A stretch of 64,000 nt of DNA from Dimorphilus gyrociliatus (lineage: Eukaryota; Animalia; Annelida). Position numbers and translations under genes: made by a program. Under the pieces are notes generated by a model, which was not told where the DNA came from, did no database searches, and was given only the letters and a program-made list of their open reading frames with translations. This document shows positions 1-12,000 of the stretch, piece by piece. Numbering within the stretch: position 1 is the stretch's first letter; each line of letters opens with the position of its first letter. The DNA is taken from the NCBI GenBank assembly GCA_904063045.1, contig CAJFCJ010000019.1, forward strand, positions 1,875,700-1,939,699, given 5' to 3'.

Positions 1-2331
1 AATGAAAAAGTAAATGACCTAGTTCTATCAATCTTATTTGAGAAAATTGGGATTAATATTGAGGAAGTGACTCTGCAGAAAACTGAAATAGATATAGCGT
101 TGTTATTGAAAACATTGTCTTCGAGTAGTCCCAATCTTAAGAATATTTATATTAAAGATAGAACTTTGTTAACTTGTTTGTATAAAGATGGCATTCTCTT
201 AGATAGTTTATTAACTCTACTTAGATTGACCAAACTCTCAAATTTCCATATGGGAAAGACGTGTTTTCAAATAATTAGACACTGCAACAAATCTTCTACA
301 TCCGCAAAACGAAAGGTGAAAGATTTAGAAATTTCCCATTCTCGCAATAATGGAATAATTATTATTCGAGCTACTTTTGGTTCAGTCTATATGGCAAGCC
401 TTACTGATAATTGCTCCAATTTTTCATCTTATATAAACTGGGACGTCATTAAGTTTATAAAAAAATGTCCTTATATGAAAACATTAACGTTTAAGAATAA
501 AATTCTCAGAGAACGCTTTTGTCCTCAATTGTTTGAAGTTCTACAAAATAAAATAAAAATGGAGGTTTTAAGAACAGTTTGTCTAGTAAATACTATAATA
601 GAGACGCCAAATGAGGAATTTCTGAGCAATTGTTATAGGTATCTTAGACCACCGAAGTATGAGATGAATGAACAGAAACGCAATAAAGAATCTTCTCAAT
701 TGAATAGTTTTGATGTAACAGTTATGAGGAATGATGAGCTACTATTTGTATTAAATATAGATCAGGATTGCCGGAAAGGTATAAATATTCCTACATGGAA
801 ATACAATAAGGTGGAGAATATGAGTCATGTTGTAAATGGATGGAGGAGAGATATGATAAAAATGAGAAATTTCAATTTGAAATCATATACAAAGATAAAG
901 AATATTTCATTTAGTTTGGACGATGATCTCGTATGTTCATTGTTTCAGGATATTCAATCGCTTAACCTAGCTGACTGTTTCATTAATGAGAAAACTGTTC
1001 AATCTCATATATTAGAAAAACTTCCAAAGATTTCAAACTTAATATCTTTAGATCTAAGCACACTGAATTGGTCTCATAGTCTAACAAAACTCATTGTTCA
1101 AGTCTTAAGTAATTCCCCATTTCTTACATCCCTTAAATTAAACGACTGTGGACTAATAGAACGTAAAGCCACACTCTTGGGAGAAAGCTTGGTTCATTGT
1201 TCAAACTTAGAATTACTATCTCTTCAATATAACAATGAGATGAACTGCGGATTAGAGAAAATATTTAAAGGGCTAGAAAATCACACAGACCGTATGAAGC
1301 ATCTTAATCTAGGAGCTTGTGACTTATCTAGGGATCTAACATCTTTATTAGGTGAATTTATGCAAAAGTGTTGCAATTGTGAATCAATATCCATCGAAGG
1401 AAATCAAACTACAGGAAGTGGATTTCATGATTTATGTAATGGATTAATATATTGCAAGAATATAAAAAGCCTTAATTTCAGTAAATGCTCTCTAAACAAT
1501 GCGCAAGCAATAAGCTTGGGAAAATGCTTAAAAAATCTATCTAATATTGAGAATTTATGTCTTTCCGAAAATAAAAACATGGAATCGGGATTTGGTGATA
1601 TTTGTAATGGTTTAGAAACATCGTCAAATTGTCTAAAACATCTTAATCTCGACTGGTGTAATTTGAGCAGCACTAAAGCCGAAAAATTAGGAAAGAGTTT
1701 AGAGCACTGCTGCTTCTTGGAAACCTTATCTCTTCGTGAAAGCGAAAATATGGGTGATGGATTTACTGAAATTTGTCTTGGGTTGACCAAATCTTCTGAA
1801 TGTCTTAAGAGTATCGATTTAAGTTGGTGTAATTTAAGTGAAAATCAGGCAAAGAAATTAGCTAAATGTTTACAAAAATGCTCACGTTTTGAATCGCTAT
1901 TGGCTGAGGGGAATTCCAAAATGGATTTACAACTTTATGCCGTATTCTCTAGTTTAAAAACATCTTCTGAATCTTTTAAATATCTAAATCTCAACTGGTG
2001 TGATATGACAGAAAATCAAGCAAAGCGTCTAGGAGAGTGTTTATTAAATTTCTCAAGTTTAGAATCACTTTCCCTTAAATTCAATAAATCCATGGGTATA
2101 GGATTTAGTAACATATGTGATGGATTAAAATCCTCATCTAACTCTATCAAAACACTTCAATTTGACGAATGCAATTTAAACACTTATCAGGCAAAGTGCT
2201 TGGGTGAATGCTTACGTTCTTGTTCAAATATTGAGTCCTTATCACTATATCAAAACCCTGATATAGGTTCTGGATTAGATATTATAAAACATAGTATAAA
2301 AGATGATATCTATGTGAATTTACAAGTGTAA
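1..2331 (+). CDS. Leucine-rich-repeat protein of ribonuclease-inhibitor/NLR-type LRR class, 5'-truncated by the window edge
   Basis: The frame is open from base 1 (NEKVNDLVLS...) to TAA at 2329-2331, so the GTG start in the track is not the real start. The C-terminal half is alternating ~28-aa LRRs (e.g. LKHLNLDWCNLSSTKAEKLGKSLEHCCFLETLSLRES). No NACHT motif and no intron are visible in the window. Confidence 0.85.
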   Translation, partial: NEKVNDLVLSILFEKIGINIEEVTLQKTEIDIALLLKTLSSSSPNLKNIYIKDRTLLTCLYKDGILLDSLLTLLRLTKLSNFHMGKTCFQIIRHCNKSSTSAKRKVKDLEISHSRNNGIIIIRATFGSVYMASLTDNCSNFSSYINWDVIKFIKKCPYMKTLTFKNKILRERFCPQLFEVLQNKIKMEVLRTVCLVNTIIETPNEEFLSNCYRYLRPPKYEMNEQKRNKESSQLNSFDVTVMRNDELLFVLNIDQDCRKGINIPTWKYNKVENMSHVVNGWRRDMIKMRNFNLKSYTKIKNISFSLDDDLVCSLFQDIQSLNLADCFINEKTVQSHILEKLPKISNLISLDLSTLNWSHSLTKLIVQVLSNSPFLTSLKLNDCGLIERKATLLGESLVHCSNLELLSLQYNNEMNCGLEKIFKGLENHTDRMKHLNLGACDLSRDLTSLLGEFMQKCCNCESISIEGNQTTGSGFHDLCNGLIYCKNIKSLNFSKCSLNNAQAISLGKCLKNLSNIENLCLSENKNMESGFGDICNGLETSSNCLKHLNLDWCNLSSTKAEKLGKSLEHCCFLETLSLRESENMGDGFTEICLGLTKSSECLKSIDLSWCNLSENQAKKLAKCLQKCSRFESLLAEGNSKMDLQLYAVFSSLKTSSESFKYLNLNWCDMTENQAKRLGECLLNFSSLESLSLKFNKSMGIGFSNICDGLKSSSNSIKTLQFDECNLNTYQAKCLGECLRSCSNIESLSLYQNPDIGSGLDIIKHSIKDDIYVNLQV
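1140..2300 (+). repeat. Coding tandem repeat, ~168-171 bp period (two LRRs per unit), about 7 units
   Basis: An equivalent xCxL motif (gactgtggacta, gcttgtgactta, aaatgctctcta, tggtgtaatttg, tggtgtaattta, tggtgtgatatg, gaatgcaattta) recurs near 1144, 1315, 1483, 1654, 1825, 1996 and 2167. Confidence 0.75.
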
Positions 2332-2479
2332 AGGAATATTTGTAAAGTATGCATTTGTAGCTGTAATTTATCATCTTTTCCTTCAATACACAATGCTTAA
2401 AAACCTTTTATGACATTTCAGTTACCCTAAATCGTATATTACTTGCATGTTATCATGATCGTAAATGTCTCGATATGCC

Positions 2480-3010
2480 TTTATTGGCTATCAACCTTTA
2501 ATTTATTGAAGATTTCCGGTTTAACAATTACAAAACAAAATGTAAAAATTTACAATTACAATTTCGCAATGGATAGCCGTTTTTATTCTGTAATTGCTAA
2601 CTTCACTTTTCTACATGCGGAGGAAACATTTATTCATAATTCCGACAACAGATTTTCTAAGAATGTTGCTCTTTCTTTCATGCTAATTAGAGGAGAAAAA
2701 TTTCCCAATATATCAAGAAATATCTTTGATAATGAAGAGAGTAACTATGAAATTAATTCTCAATTTCTCTGTGGATTAGATAGTGTTCACCTTTGCCAAT
2801 TTGATATTACATATAATTACATCAACGCTGAAAATCCTTATGGCTATTGGTAAAAGTTAATTTATCTCCAAATTATCTAGACACCAATTTTACAACATTA
2901 AAATATTTTAAAGAGATTCAATCAGAACCAAACGTTCTTAGAGGATACGTACAAGGTCATCTTGTACTAAGTGGCAATACTTCTATTGATAATACAACTG
3001 TAAAATACTT
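2480..3010 (+). pseudogene. Fragment E: internal piece of a giant mosaic gene most similar to copy A (beta-helix region), frameshifted
   Basis: RNIFDNEESNYEINSQFLCGLDSVHLCQFDITYNYINAENPY matches A's RNIIDNEESTYEIDCHYLCGANDIDHCQLNITYNYINAENPY. After a ~28-bp deletion near 2842, another frame reads LLVKVNLSPNYLDTNFTTLKYF...LRGYVQG, matching A's LLVKVHLSPSYSDAGLTTLKYF...LCGYIKG. There is no start exon and no C-terminal part. Confidence 0.85.
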
Positions 3011-3231
3011 TTACAGTTTCTAACAAAAGTTCCGAAGAATTTAATAATTGCCCTAGCCAGCGTAGCTATAATATATATTTATGTATTCGTGCCAAAAAGG
3101 GAAAAGTATCTCTATAAACTGTTTATTTTCAGTAAAACTTTGTAAATATTATGTAATATAAACTTTTCAACAGTCTCCTAATTGAAATGAACGACATTTT
3201 CATTGACTTATAAAACTTAACAAAATAAACT

Positions 3232-3961
3232 TTAATGTACCATAACATATCCAATAAGTAATGGTAAGAATAATAAAATTAACTTAAGAGTTGATTCTTT
3301 CGTTGCTTTCGAAATGTCTTTTGAACCTATAGAATCAAATAATATTTTACTATTAGTGACATTTTGTAAAACTTTGGAAAACTTTTTATAAATACTTCTG
3401 CTATTATTAGTGAATATCGATTCGTGATAAAAATACTCTGTAGCGTTGCATCGTTTCAAAGAAGTTTTAAATATTTCATAAAAGTTCAAAGAATCAAATT
3501 TTCGCTCTCCAGCAATAACCTTTAGCTCTGCTGCACATTCTATTTGGAATATTAATTATTTTTATTAATTATTAAATATTTGTTTAAATTTAATTACCTT
3601 GGCTACAAATTGCCTTTGTAAAATTGTTTATTTCTAATATATTTAAAACTTTACAGGTCTTGCCGTTTACGCTATCCATACAATCTCTATCATTTTTGTA
3701 TATTTCACAAAATGTTTCAGCCTGAAATCCGTTATGAAACATAGCTGTTAGCGATTGTAGATATAGACTTGAACATTTTATAGCTTCTGTTACACAAAAT
3801 GAATATGTTTGGCTTTCAGACGATGTATAATTTAATGATCTTATATCTCCGTGGCAGAGAGGTACTAAGGACAAAAAAAATAACACATAAACATAACATA
3901 AATGCATACAGTATAATAGAATATACTAACATAAGAAAGATATAGTAAAGAAGAATAACAT
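3232..3961 (-). CDS. Small secreted Cys-rich protein with hydrophobic C-terminus (putative GPI anchor), paralogue G1, ~178 aa
   Basis: Exons 3961-3931, 3864-3598, 3539-3396 and 3326-3232, with GT..AG introns of 66, 58 and 69 bp, all phase 1. Signal peptide MLFFFTISFLLPLCHG; Cys spacing C-x6-C-x21-C-x8-C-x8-C-x15-C; C-terminus LKLILLFLPLLIGYVMVH. Confidence 0.75.
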
Positions 3962-4658
3962 TTTCCAATGGATAGAAATTATCATTTTATCTTTACCATA
4001 TAAATCCTATTCCTTGTCTTTTAAGAAGGAATAATCTCTGAAATAGAACAAAATTACCAAATAGTAACTTAATAGTAGATTTTATTTAAGGAACATTGAA
4101 GGTGTAACATACTTGAACGCTAGATTGATCTTTAATATTTTAAATGGCCTGTTTAAAAGGATATACTCTATATATTGAAAATGTGACTAATGATAGTGAT
4201 TTACAAAGAACATGGTTTTGGAAAGCTGTTATTGCGAAACAGTCTCCTATACTAATCAACTATTCCTTATTAGTAGTTTATTAAGCATATTGATTTTTAG
4301 GCATATATAGGTCACCGCTTTTTTATTTTCTATTTTTCTAGGCAATCATTAGATACTTCACAGCAATGAATATATTATTGACTTTCGTTTCGGTATACCT
4401 TCCATTCTTTAAGTATTGATTTATTGATTAATTAAGTAATCAATTATTATTAATAAGATTAAACGAATATAAAATACATAATGTCATCATGACCTTGAGG
4501 TTGATTATAGTATGTAAAAAAAAGGAGGGGGGGGGAGAATTTTAAGTTAAATGGCAACTATTATTGGGAAATAGAATTTAAGAAAGCATGAATATGAATA
4601 TAAATGCAAGACTTACGTTGTACTTCTCAGAAAGAAAGTTGTTCCTGTATGAAAAAGA

Positions 4659-5412
4659 ATGATTGTTTATCTTTTGGTTTTATTCAGTAAGTTAAATTAG
4701 TTTAATTAAAAAACACATTTTTCATTAATTATTTAATGATAATTCCAAGATTTAACGATCTTATGTTCATCGCGATCATCATTTGAAGTTAAAGACTCTA
4801 ATGTAAAAAGTAATTTACCTTATACTGAATGTGAAACTGCACTTTTAAACTGTTCAGCAAAATACTCTGAAGAGTCTACAATACTTGCAAGCAATTTTAG
4901 CGCTAAAAAGGCATGTCAAATTGGAAATGACTTTTTACATTGTGTTGAGGGAATTCATATAGATAATTGTAAATTTGAAAGTTATGATTCCTCATTTCAA
5001 TCTACAATAGAAATATTTAAACAGCAGTGCAAATCTAGTTTGTATTAAAGCATCTTCTAAATATATATAGAATTGATTTAATTTTAATGTTTCTATTATA
5101 TATTTCAAGATTGTCAACAAATTTTAAGTAGATTAAATGGAGCAGTTAATAATGGATCTTGTTACTTTTATCGTGCATATTTGGACAGATTGATCGAATG
5201 TGGTGTAAAGGAAAAGTATTTGACACATATTCCAAAGAAACATAGATGTAATTATTATGAATAATTATAATAATAATACCAAAAAAATCTTAAATGTTCT
5301 TATTTATTTTACACTTTTAGGTGGCATCAAATTAAATGACGCAAGTCAAATTCAATATGTATTCGCTACTATTACCATACATATTAGTATAATAAAGATA
5401 TCAGTGTTTTAA
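4659..5412 (+). CDS. Small secreted Cys-rich protein with hydrophobic C-terminus (putative GPI anchor), paralogue G2, ~181 aa; absent from the ORF track
   Basis: Exons 4659-4686, 4750-5037, 5110-5247 and 5321-5412 join in frame (546 nt) across phase-1 GT..AG introns. The protein reads MIVYLLVLFNLTILCSS...CETALLNC...C-x8-C-x8-C... and ends YVFATITIHISIIKISVF. Exon layout is the same as G1 and G3. Confidence 0.75.
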
Positions 5413-6056
5413 TTACTATTTATCTGTCTCTATATATGATGATTGATGATTAGGAAGAAGAGAGTTTAATACAATTTAAAAATATCCCTAAAAACGTAAT
5501 TACTTATCGAAAGCTAAATAAGTATATTCAAGGCTATCTGTGAAAACGAAAATAAAACAACAAACCTAAAAATCAAACAATACATGTATATATAAAAAAT
5601 CGGTCAATGGAAACTCATTAATCCTAGTTCAATAGTATGAAAAGAGGTTTCTTTTGATTCGATGACCAAGTCATATACAGTATAAATACAACATTTACAA
5701 GATTTTTTGGTTTGACTCGTATTATGAAACTAGTTAGCAATTCCTTAGTAATTTAGTTTCAATTTTATTTGCTTCTCTCACAATATTACTGTTGCGTTTT
5801 CTCCCTTTTATACTTTCCTCAATATTCATCATGTCATTTTACTGGATGCCTGATACAACTCGTCCACGTCGTTGGCGCCATTTAGTAAACTTTGTGCTTC
5901 TTTTATGAGTCTAATAATTAATTCAATATAAGATGTTATTATTGTCTATGCAACCCTTCAGTTTTTACTCAATAAAAGAATGAAAGACATAAAAAGAAAT
6001 ATAATTTATTAAAATCAGAAAGCTGAAAAACATACTTTGGTGAACTATTAAAATAT

Positions 6057-9000
6057 CTAAAAATATCCTTTTCGCTTTTTGGTTCGAATATATAAGAATA
6101 AAAATGTTAATAACGCAATTAACACCATTAAACTACCACTGGAAATAGCAATAATTAAATAAGTCATTTGAGAATTTCCAGTAAGAATCCCTTTTAAATT
6201 AGACGTTGTATCAACTTTCACTGGATCAGATGTAGTAACGTCATTCACTACTGTAGTTGAGAAATAGTTATCTTTTTCTGTACTAACTTCTACCGGTTCA
6301 GATGTAGTAAGATCTCTGGAAAATATTGTATTAACTTCTTTCAATGTACTTTGCGGTCTTTCAGAAGTGTTCTCATCTTCGTTTTTTGTTGTCGTAACCT
6401 CTAATTCTTCTCCTTGTTGAATATAAACAATAAATGTAGATGTACTTGAACAAGGATCATCAGATTTATCCGATACAATAAGGCGGCTTTCAAATCGTCC
6501 AACAGGAAGAGGATACTTTATTGTTACAATTTCTGACGAATTTTCCATCACTTCAAATATATTCCATTCTCTTTGAATTTTCTCAAGCTTGTACGTCATT
6601 TCTCCTTTTAGACCAGAATCAGAGTCAGTTGCTACTATCCGAGATACAAGAAATCCCATAGGTGTAGTCGAATTTAACAGAATTTTATCACTCAAAACAG
6701 GATATTTAATTACTGCACATTCATTTACATCGTTTACGTTAATATCTACGAAAGCTAAAGAAGATAACTTTGATAATGTATTCTCCGTTGCCCGTACTTC
6801 TACACTATAGCTTCCCGGTTTAAATTCTCCACTAGATCGCAACACTCCTGTTATTTCGTCGATTGTTACTGAAATATTTGAGTAGCCTAAAGTATAGACG
6901 ATTCCCTTAGTAGATCCTATATCTGTGTCATTTGCTTGAATTTGTAATAGATATTCATTGGCCGAAATCAGTTCATCAACAACTACTGTATATTCATTAC
7001 TGAGAAATTGTGGTTTCTCTATATTTGGGAGTGCCTTTTGTGAACAATCATCACCTGCAAGACCTTTCTTACATCTACAGACGTTTGGTGCTATACATAC
7101 ACCATTTCCTGAGCAATTAGATTGACTTTTACAGGATGTTTCAGAGCATTTTAATCCAAACCATAAAGGATCGCATGAGCAATTGTCAAATGAAATACAA
7201 CTACCTCGACCAGAACAAAAATCTAATGATTCACATGAAAATTCAGAACAAGTCACTCCTTTGAATCCCAAATCACACTTGCATTCATTAGCCGAGATAC
7301 ATGTACCATTTATTGAACAGGGCGGATCACATTCTGGTATACTACAGTTTCTTCCACTGAATCCTATGTCGCATATACATTCTGTTTCATTCTTACAAAT
7401 TCCATGACCATTGCAATTCATCAAGTCTGGACAAAATTTCAGAGATTCGCAGAAATCTCCCTCAAATCCATTGTTACATTCGCATTTATTTGGTTCTATG
7501 CACTCTCCATTCAATGAACAGTCTTTCTCACAAATTGGAATAGAACAAGAATCTCCTTTCCATCCATCTCCACAAAAACATTCATCGAATCCAAGACACG
7601 ATCCATGATTTGTGCAATAGTTGACATTCTCACAAGAATATTGTGAACAAGTCGGTCCTGTATATCCTAGTTCACATTTACATTTGTCATGATCAATGCA
7701 CACTCCATGGTCTGAACATCCCTTTTCACATATTGCTACCTCGGAACAATTGTTACTTGTCCAACCTATTTCGCATTCGCAAACACCAGATTTCACACAA
7801 ATTCCTCTCGAAGAACAATTACCTTCACAGACAGCCTCAATCTCACACGTTGATCCTTCAAAACCTTTAAAACAAGAGCAGAATCCTTCAGAACAATTAC
7901 CATGTACACAATCAACACATTCGCCAATCTGACAGTATTCTCCAGACCATCCATCGATACAGACACATGCTTTATCTTGGCAAGTTCCTCTATTTGAGCA
8001 TTGATTTTTACATTGTTTCAACGTCAAAATACCTTGTTTCGCTATAGTAGGATCATCCGACATAACAACGTCGTATATGCATTTTTTCTTGTCATCTTCA
8101 TTCACATCGTCACCTGCACACAACTCTGAAGCAAGATCAATTTTCGATTGGTTGATATGCTGAAGGCTATAGATAGGCTTATGAGAGGAGAGAGTATAAC
8201 TAGAATCCATAACATCATCTTTATGAAAGTTAGATAGATGAAAGGACCATGTGTTTAAAAGACCTCCATTTTGCCGATAGGTGTTTGTCATTCTCCATGA
8301 CTCAACAAAATCAACATGTGATGTAAAGTGTTGACCGTTTGGACCTTTAAAGTCATCAGTGTCATCATCATTCATCAGTCCACATATTCCCGAAGTACGA
8401 TTAAACATTTCTTCACTGGCAGTGATTGATAAACTCAAGTATTGACGTTGCATATTTTCACTGAACGATGTGATAACGGATATAGATGATCCACTATTGT
8501 ATTTAACTGATGCTATCAGAATGGTGGGATCCTTTTTATTAACAAGCGATGATTTAGGTGAAATATCTAAGCGAATTGTATCATTATCGAACTTGTATGA
8601 ATGATTACTTTTGAGGTTACTAAGAAGAATTCCATTCAATCTGAGAGAAGGAAAATCTTTAGCCGTAACATTCAGTTTAGTGGACACAGTGAAAATAGAC
8701 GAATTTCCTAGTTTGATGGCAATCGCTCCTATGAATGATGTTGTTTTATGTGCATAGAATCGGTATTGATATGAAAGAGAAGGTGAAATACAACCCGAAA
8801 ATTGACCAATGCCAAAGTAGTCAAATGTTTTACCATCGAGTGTTTCTAAATGAGGATCACCCCAGACTGCTCTTGGAGTACGTATTTCACACGCACTACC
8901 CATCCATTGTCTAGAGCATCGACATGTTGATTTACAATTGCTGGTTGGTATACAAACACCACGATTGTTACAATTTTTTGAAGGACTACAAACTGGTTTT

Positions 9001-12000
9001 TCACACTCTTTTCCTTCCCTTTGAGGTAGACAAATGCCATTTATACCACATTGATTTCTGCAAATGCATTCGCCAGATGGTGATCTTTTTTCAATTCCAC
9101 CTCCGGAACATTTTGAACATGGACGACACCGGCATTGCCCAAATATCAATCTTGATAGGGTTCCATCAGGACATGCACAAGAACAAGAGGTATGTATGTT
9201 GTAAATATTTTTGGCGGATCCATCGGGACAGCAGAGACAAGCTCCTGATTCAAATTTATAACTGTATTCCCTTTTTCCGTTTTTACATTTACAAGGGCAC
9301 ATACATTGCTTGTTTTTCCTATTATAAAGTCCGTTTTTGATATCATATCCAGATTGACCGCATTTACAAATATCGTACTTTCTTTTATTGTTACGATCAT
9401 AATGCCAACATTGCCTGAAAATTGGTAATGTTTAACATCAGTCACATTCAATGATACAAATTACCTGAATAAAAGGAAATCTTTTTGTACACAATTGATA
9501 CAAAATATCTCTTTGTCATAGGCAGAATAAGCTATGTTTCCTTTAATCATAACTTCATTCAAGGCAACAGTGGCGGTGTTAGCTTCTGTTTTATCGCAAA
9601 TATTTCCATCAGAGTATCCAGTTTTAATTACCATTTCTTTAGTTATTACCATATTCATAGATGATTGATAGTTTCTTCTTGTAGAAAGTTGTTGAACGTA
9701 TATACCTGTTATGTTTTACATTGATGATGTGTATACATAATTATAGATAAAATATTCTTAATAATTGTAATACTAACTTGCAAGCCAGTTATTTACGGAT
9801 TTCCAAGAACCTTTTCTACTGAAATACTTCACGATGTTTGTGAATTTATTATTTTCTTTGTATAACGGCCATTTCATTGAAAAACTTGAGCTAAATGGGA
9901 TATTTACTTTTCCATATCCTATTCCATCCAATGTTGATTGACAACTTTTTCTTTTCTTTTCTGTTGTTGTCTGATGATTGTCTAATTTATTTTTGTCGTA
10001 GAAGATGAGGGAACTATAAGATGAACTTGAAAGTATACATTTATTAGACCGAAATATGAAGTTTCCTCTTGATTCAAGAGATACTGATCCAATTGAGAAC
10101 TCTGACGTAGACATCATACCCAGAAAATTGAAACCTTTAATATCGTATCTAAATAGATATTTGCCTCCATTTTTTGAAAGTAATGGTTCATATTTATATA
10201 TCGGTGTTTCTTTTTGAACAGAAATATCGTAGTTGATGTCAATATCATGATTGATTTTCATGGATGTCTTTAAATATTTAATACCCTTATCTGGAAGAAT
10301 TTTTATATCCAATGTTGCTTGAATTGATGAAGTGTACTTTGATGTAATTGAAATTTTAGCTTTGTTATTCTGTTGAGAAAAGTGGTAAAAAGATAATTCA
10401 CTACTAATTATCGCCCTTTAGTTTCAAATACTTACATCTAGTTTGACAGATGGAGAGTTCTCTTCAATTGATAGTTCCGATTTTTCAGAAATTGTAGTAA
10501 ATGAACTACTCTTTTTTATAATTTGATTATATTTTACAGTTGTTCCATCCATAGCATTTGTCAACGATCCTAAATTGATTAATTCTATTGCTTTCCATCC
10601 ATTCGACAAAGACTTTGTGTTTATTACGTAACCGAGAGAAGTCAACGCTTTTCGACCAATAATAATATTACCAACATCAACAATATCATCACCTTGTGAA
10701 TAATATAGACTTTGATGAATATCGTCGCCTCTACAGTATAATTGAGATGAATAAACTTGTATTTTGTCAAACTCTTCATTTTTAATGTTAGCGGTTGAAC
10801 AATCTATTAAAGTTGATTTTAAAAACACGTCTTTATTATTTGTTTGTTGAGAACTTGTAACTTTTTCGAGAAAACCAGAAGTATTTTTTATAATAATAAT
10901 ATCTTTTTTGTCATATTGATCAAATCCCTTTAGTATGATATAATAAGACCAAACAGATTCACCTTCGTATAGGTATTCTTCTCCCAAACATTTTATGTTA
11001 ATTTTCTTATCAATTGTTTTCATCTGCTGATTAGAATCGAGAAATCTTGATAGTTCATCAGTTGAAGGAGCCAAATTCATGATATTATTATCCTTAATAT
11101 TATCAAATTTACCGATTGTTTTTAAGTGAGCATATTTAAATATATCTAATGGATTTACTTCATGCACAATCAATATTTCGTAATTGGATAATACGTTCAT
11201 ATTATTCAAGATCTTATGATGAACACCAACATTATTTCGACTTATTATAACATTTCCAGCAGTTTTGACAACATCATATCCATCTAATATAAATATTTCG
11301 TGTTCGTCATTGAAATCACCATTCAATCTCTCATCGCTTTCACATTTGTACAATGTAGAAGAATCCGGTATTTGAATCACATTGTCTTTGAATTGAATGT
11401 GATTTAATCTGTCTTCAGAGGTCAACTCTGGACGTGGAAAACCATCTTTACAATTTTGTTCATCCCAAACTCTACAGCCAGTCTGTGTTCCTTTATAACA
11501 CTTTAAAATGTCAATACATTGTTCGCATGCTTCATAAGCAGTATTAGAACAATAACGTTCATTACAATTAAATGATAATATTTCATTGGAACAAAAATTT
11601 GGCTTCACGCTTAGACAGTTCCAATAAAACCAGTCAGGACAGGATCTCTCCGGTTGATTTGGCGTTCCTGGCATACATCTTTGACTAGAATCACACCATC
11701 CACATCCATCTTTTTCTGTGCATTGTTTACAAGATGTATATCGTGGACATTTTGATATTGAACATCTGCTGCCATACCATCCGTCTTTACATTTACAAAA
11801 ATTTGGACCAACACATTCTCCATGGCCATTACAGTTTCCAACATCCTTACATATAAATTCTGAACAATCGCTCCTAGTCCATCCTGCATCGCAAATGCAT
11901 ACTCCCTGAGAACAAAGTCCTCTTTTAAAACAATTGTCAGTACAAGAAAAAGTTTGCGTTTCTTTACAAACAAAAGGCTTTATAATATCATTTTTGATAA

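Noticed and set aside
1425-1790. Antisense ORFs inside the LRR, Gag-like, GALK2 and kelch genes (1425-1790, 20452-20778, 57773-58312, 61537-61968)
   Set aside because: They lie fully inside strong genes on the opposite strand and have no recognisable features.
5650-5930. Coding-looking coiled-coil-like stretch on the minus strand (RLIKEAQSLLNGANDVDELYQAS...)
   Set aside because: It is broken by stops and a frameshift, with no start, splice context or recognisable family. It may be a remnant, but I cannot support that.
7183-9451. Short alternative-frame and antisense ORFs over the EGF/VWD exons (also 11611-11973, 35017-35495, 37958-40144, 49164-49491, 51529-54040)
   Set aside because: These are shadow ORFs of Cys/Gly-rich coding sequence, with no independent motifs or splice signals.
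10780-10790. RGD tripeptides in copy A (CRGDD, LRGDI) and copy C (IRGDK)
   Set aside because: They are not conserved at equivalent positions between paralogues and are expected by chance in ~4,000-aa proteins.
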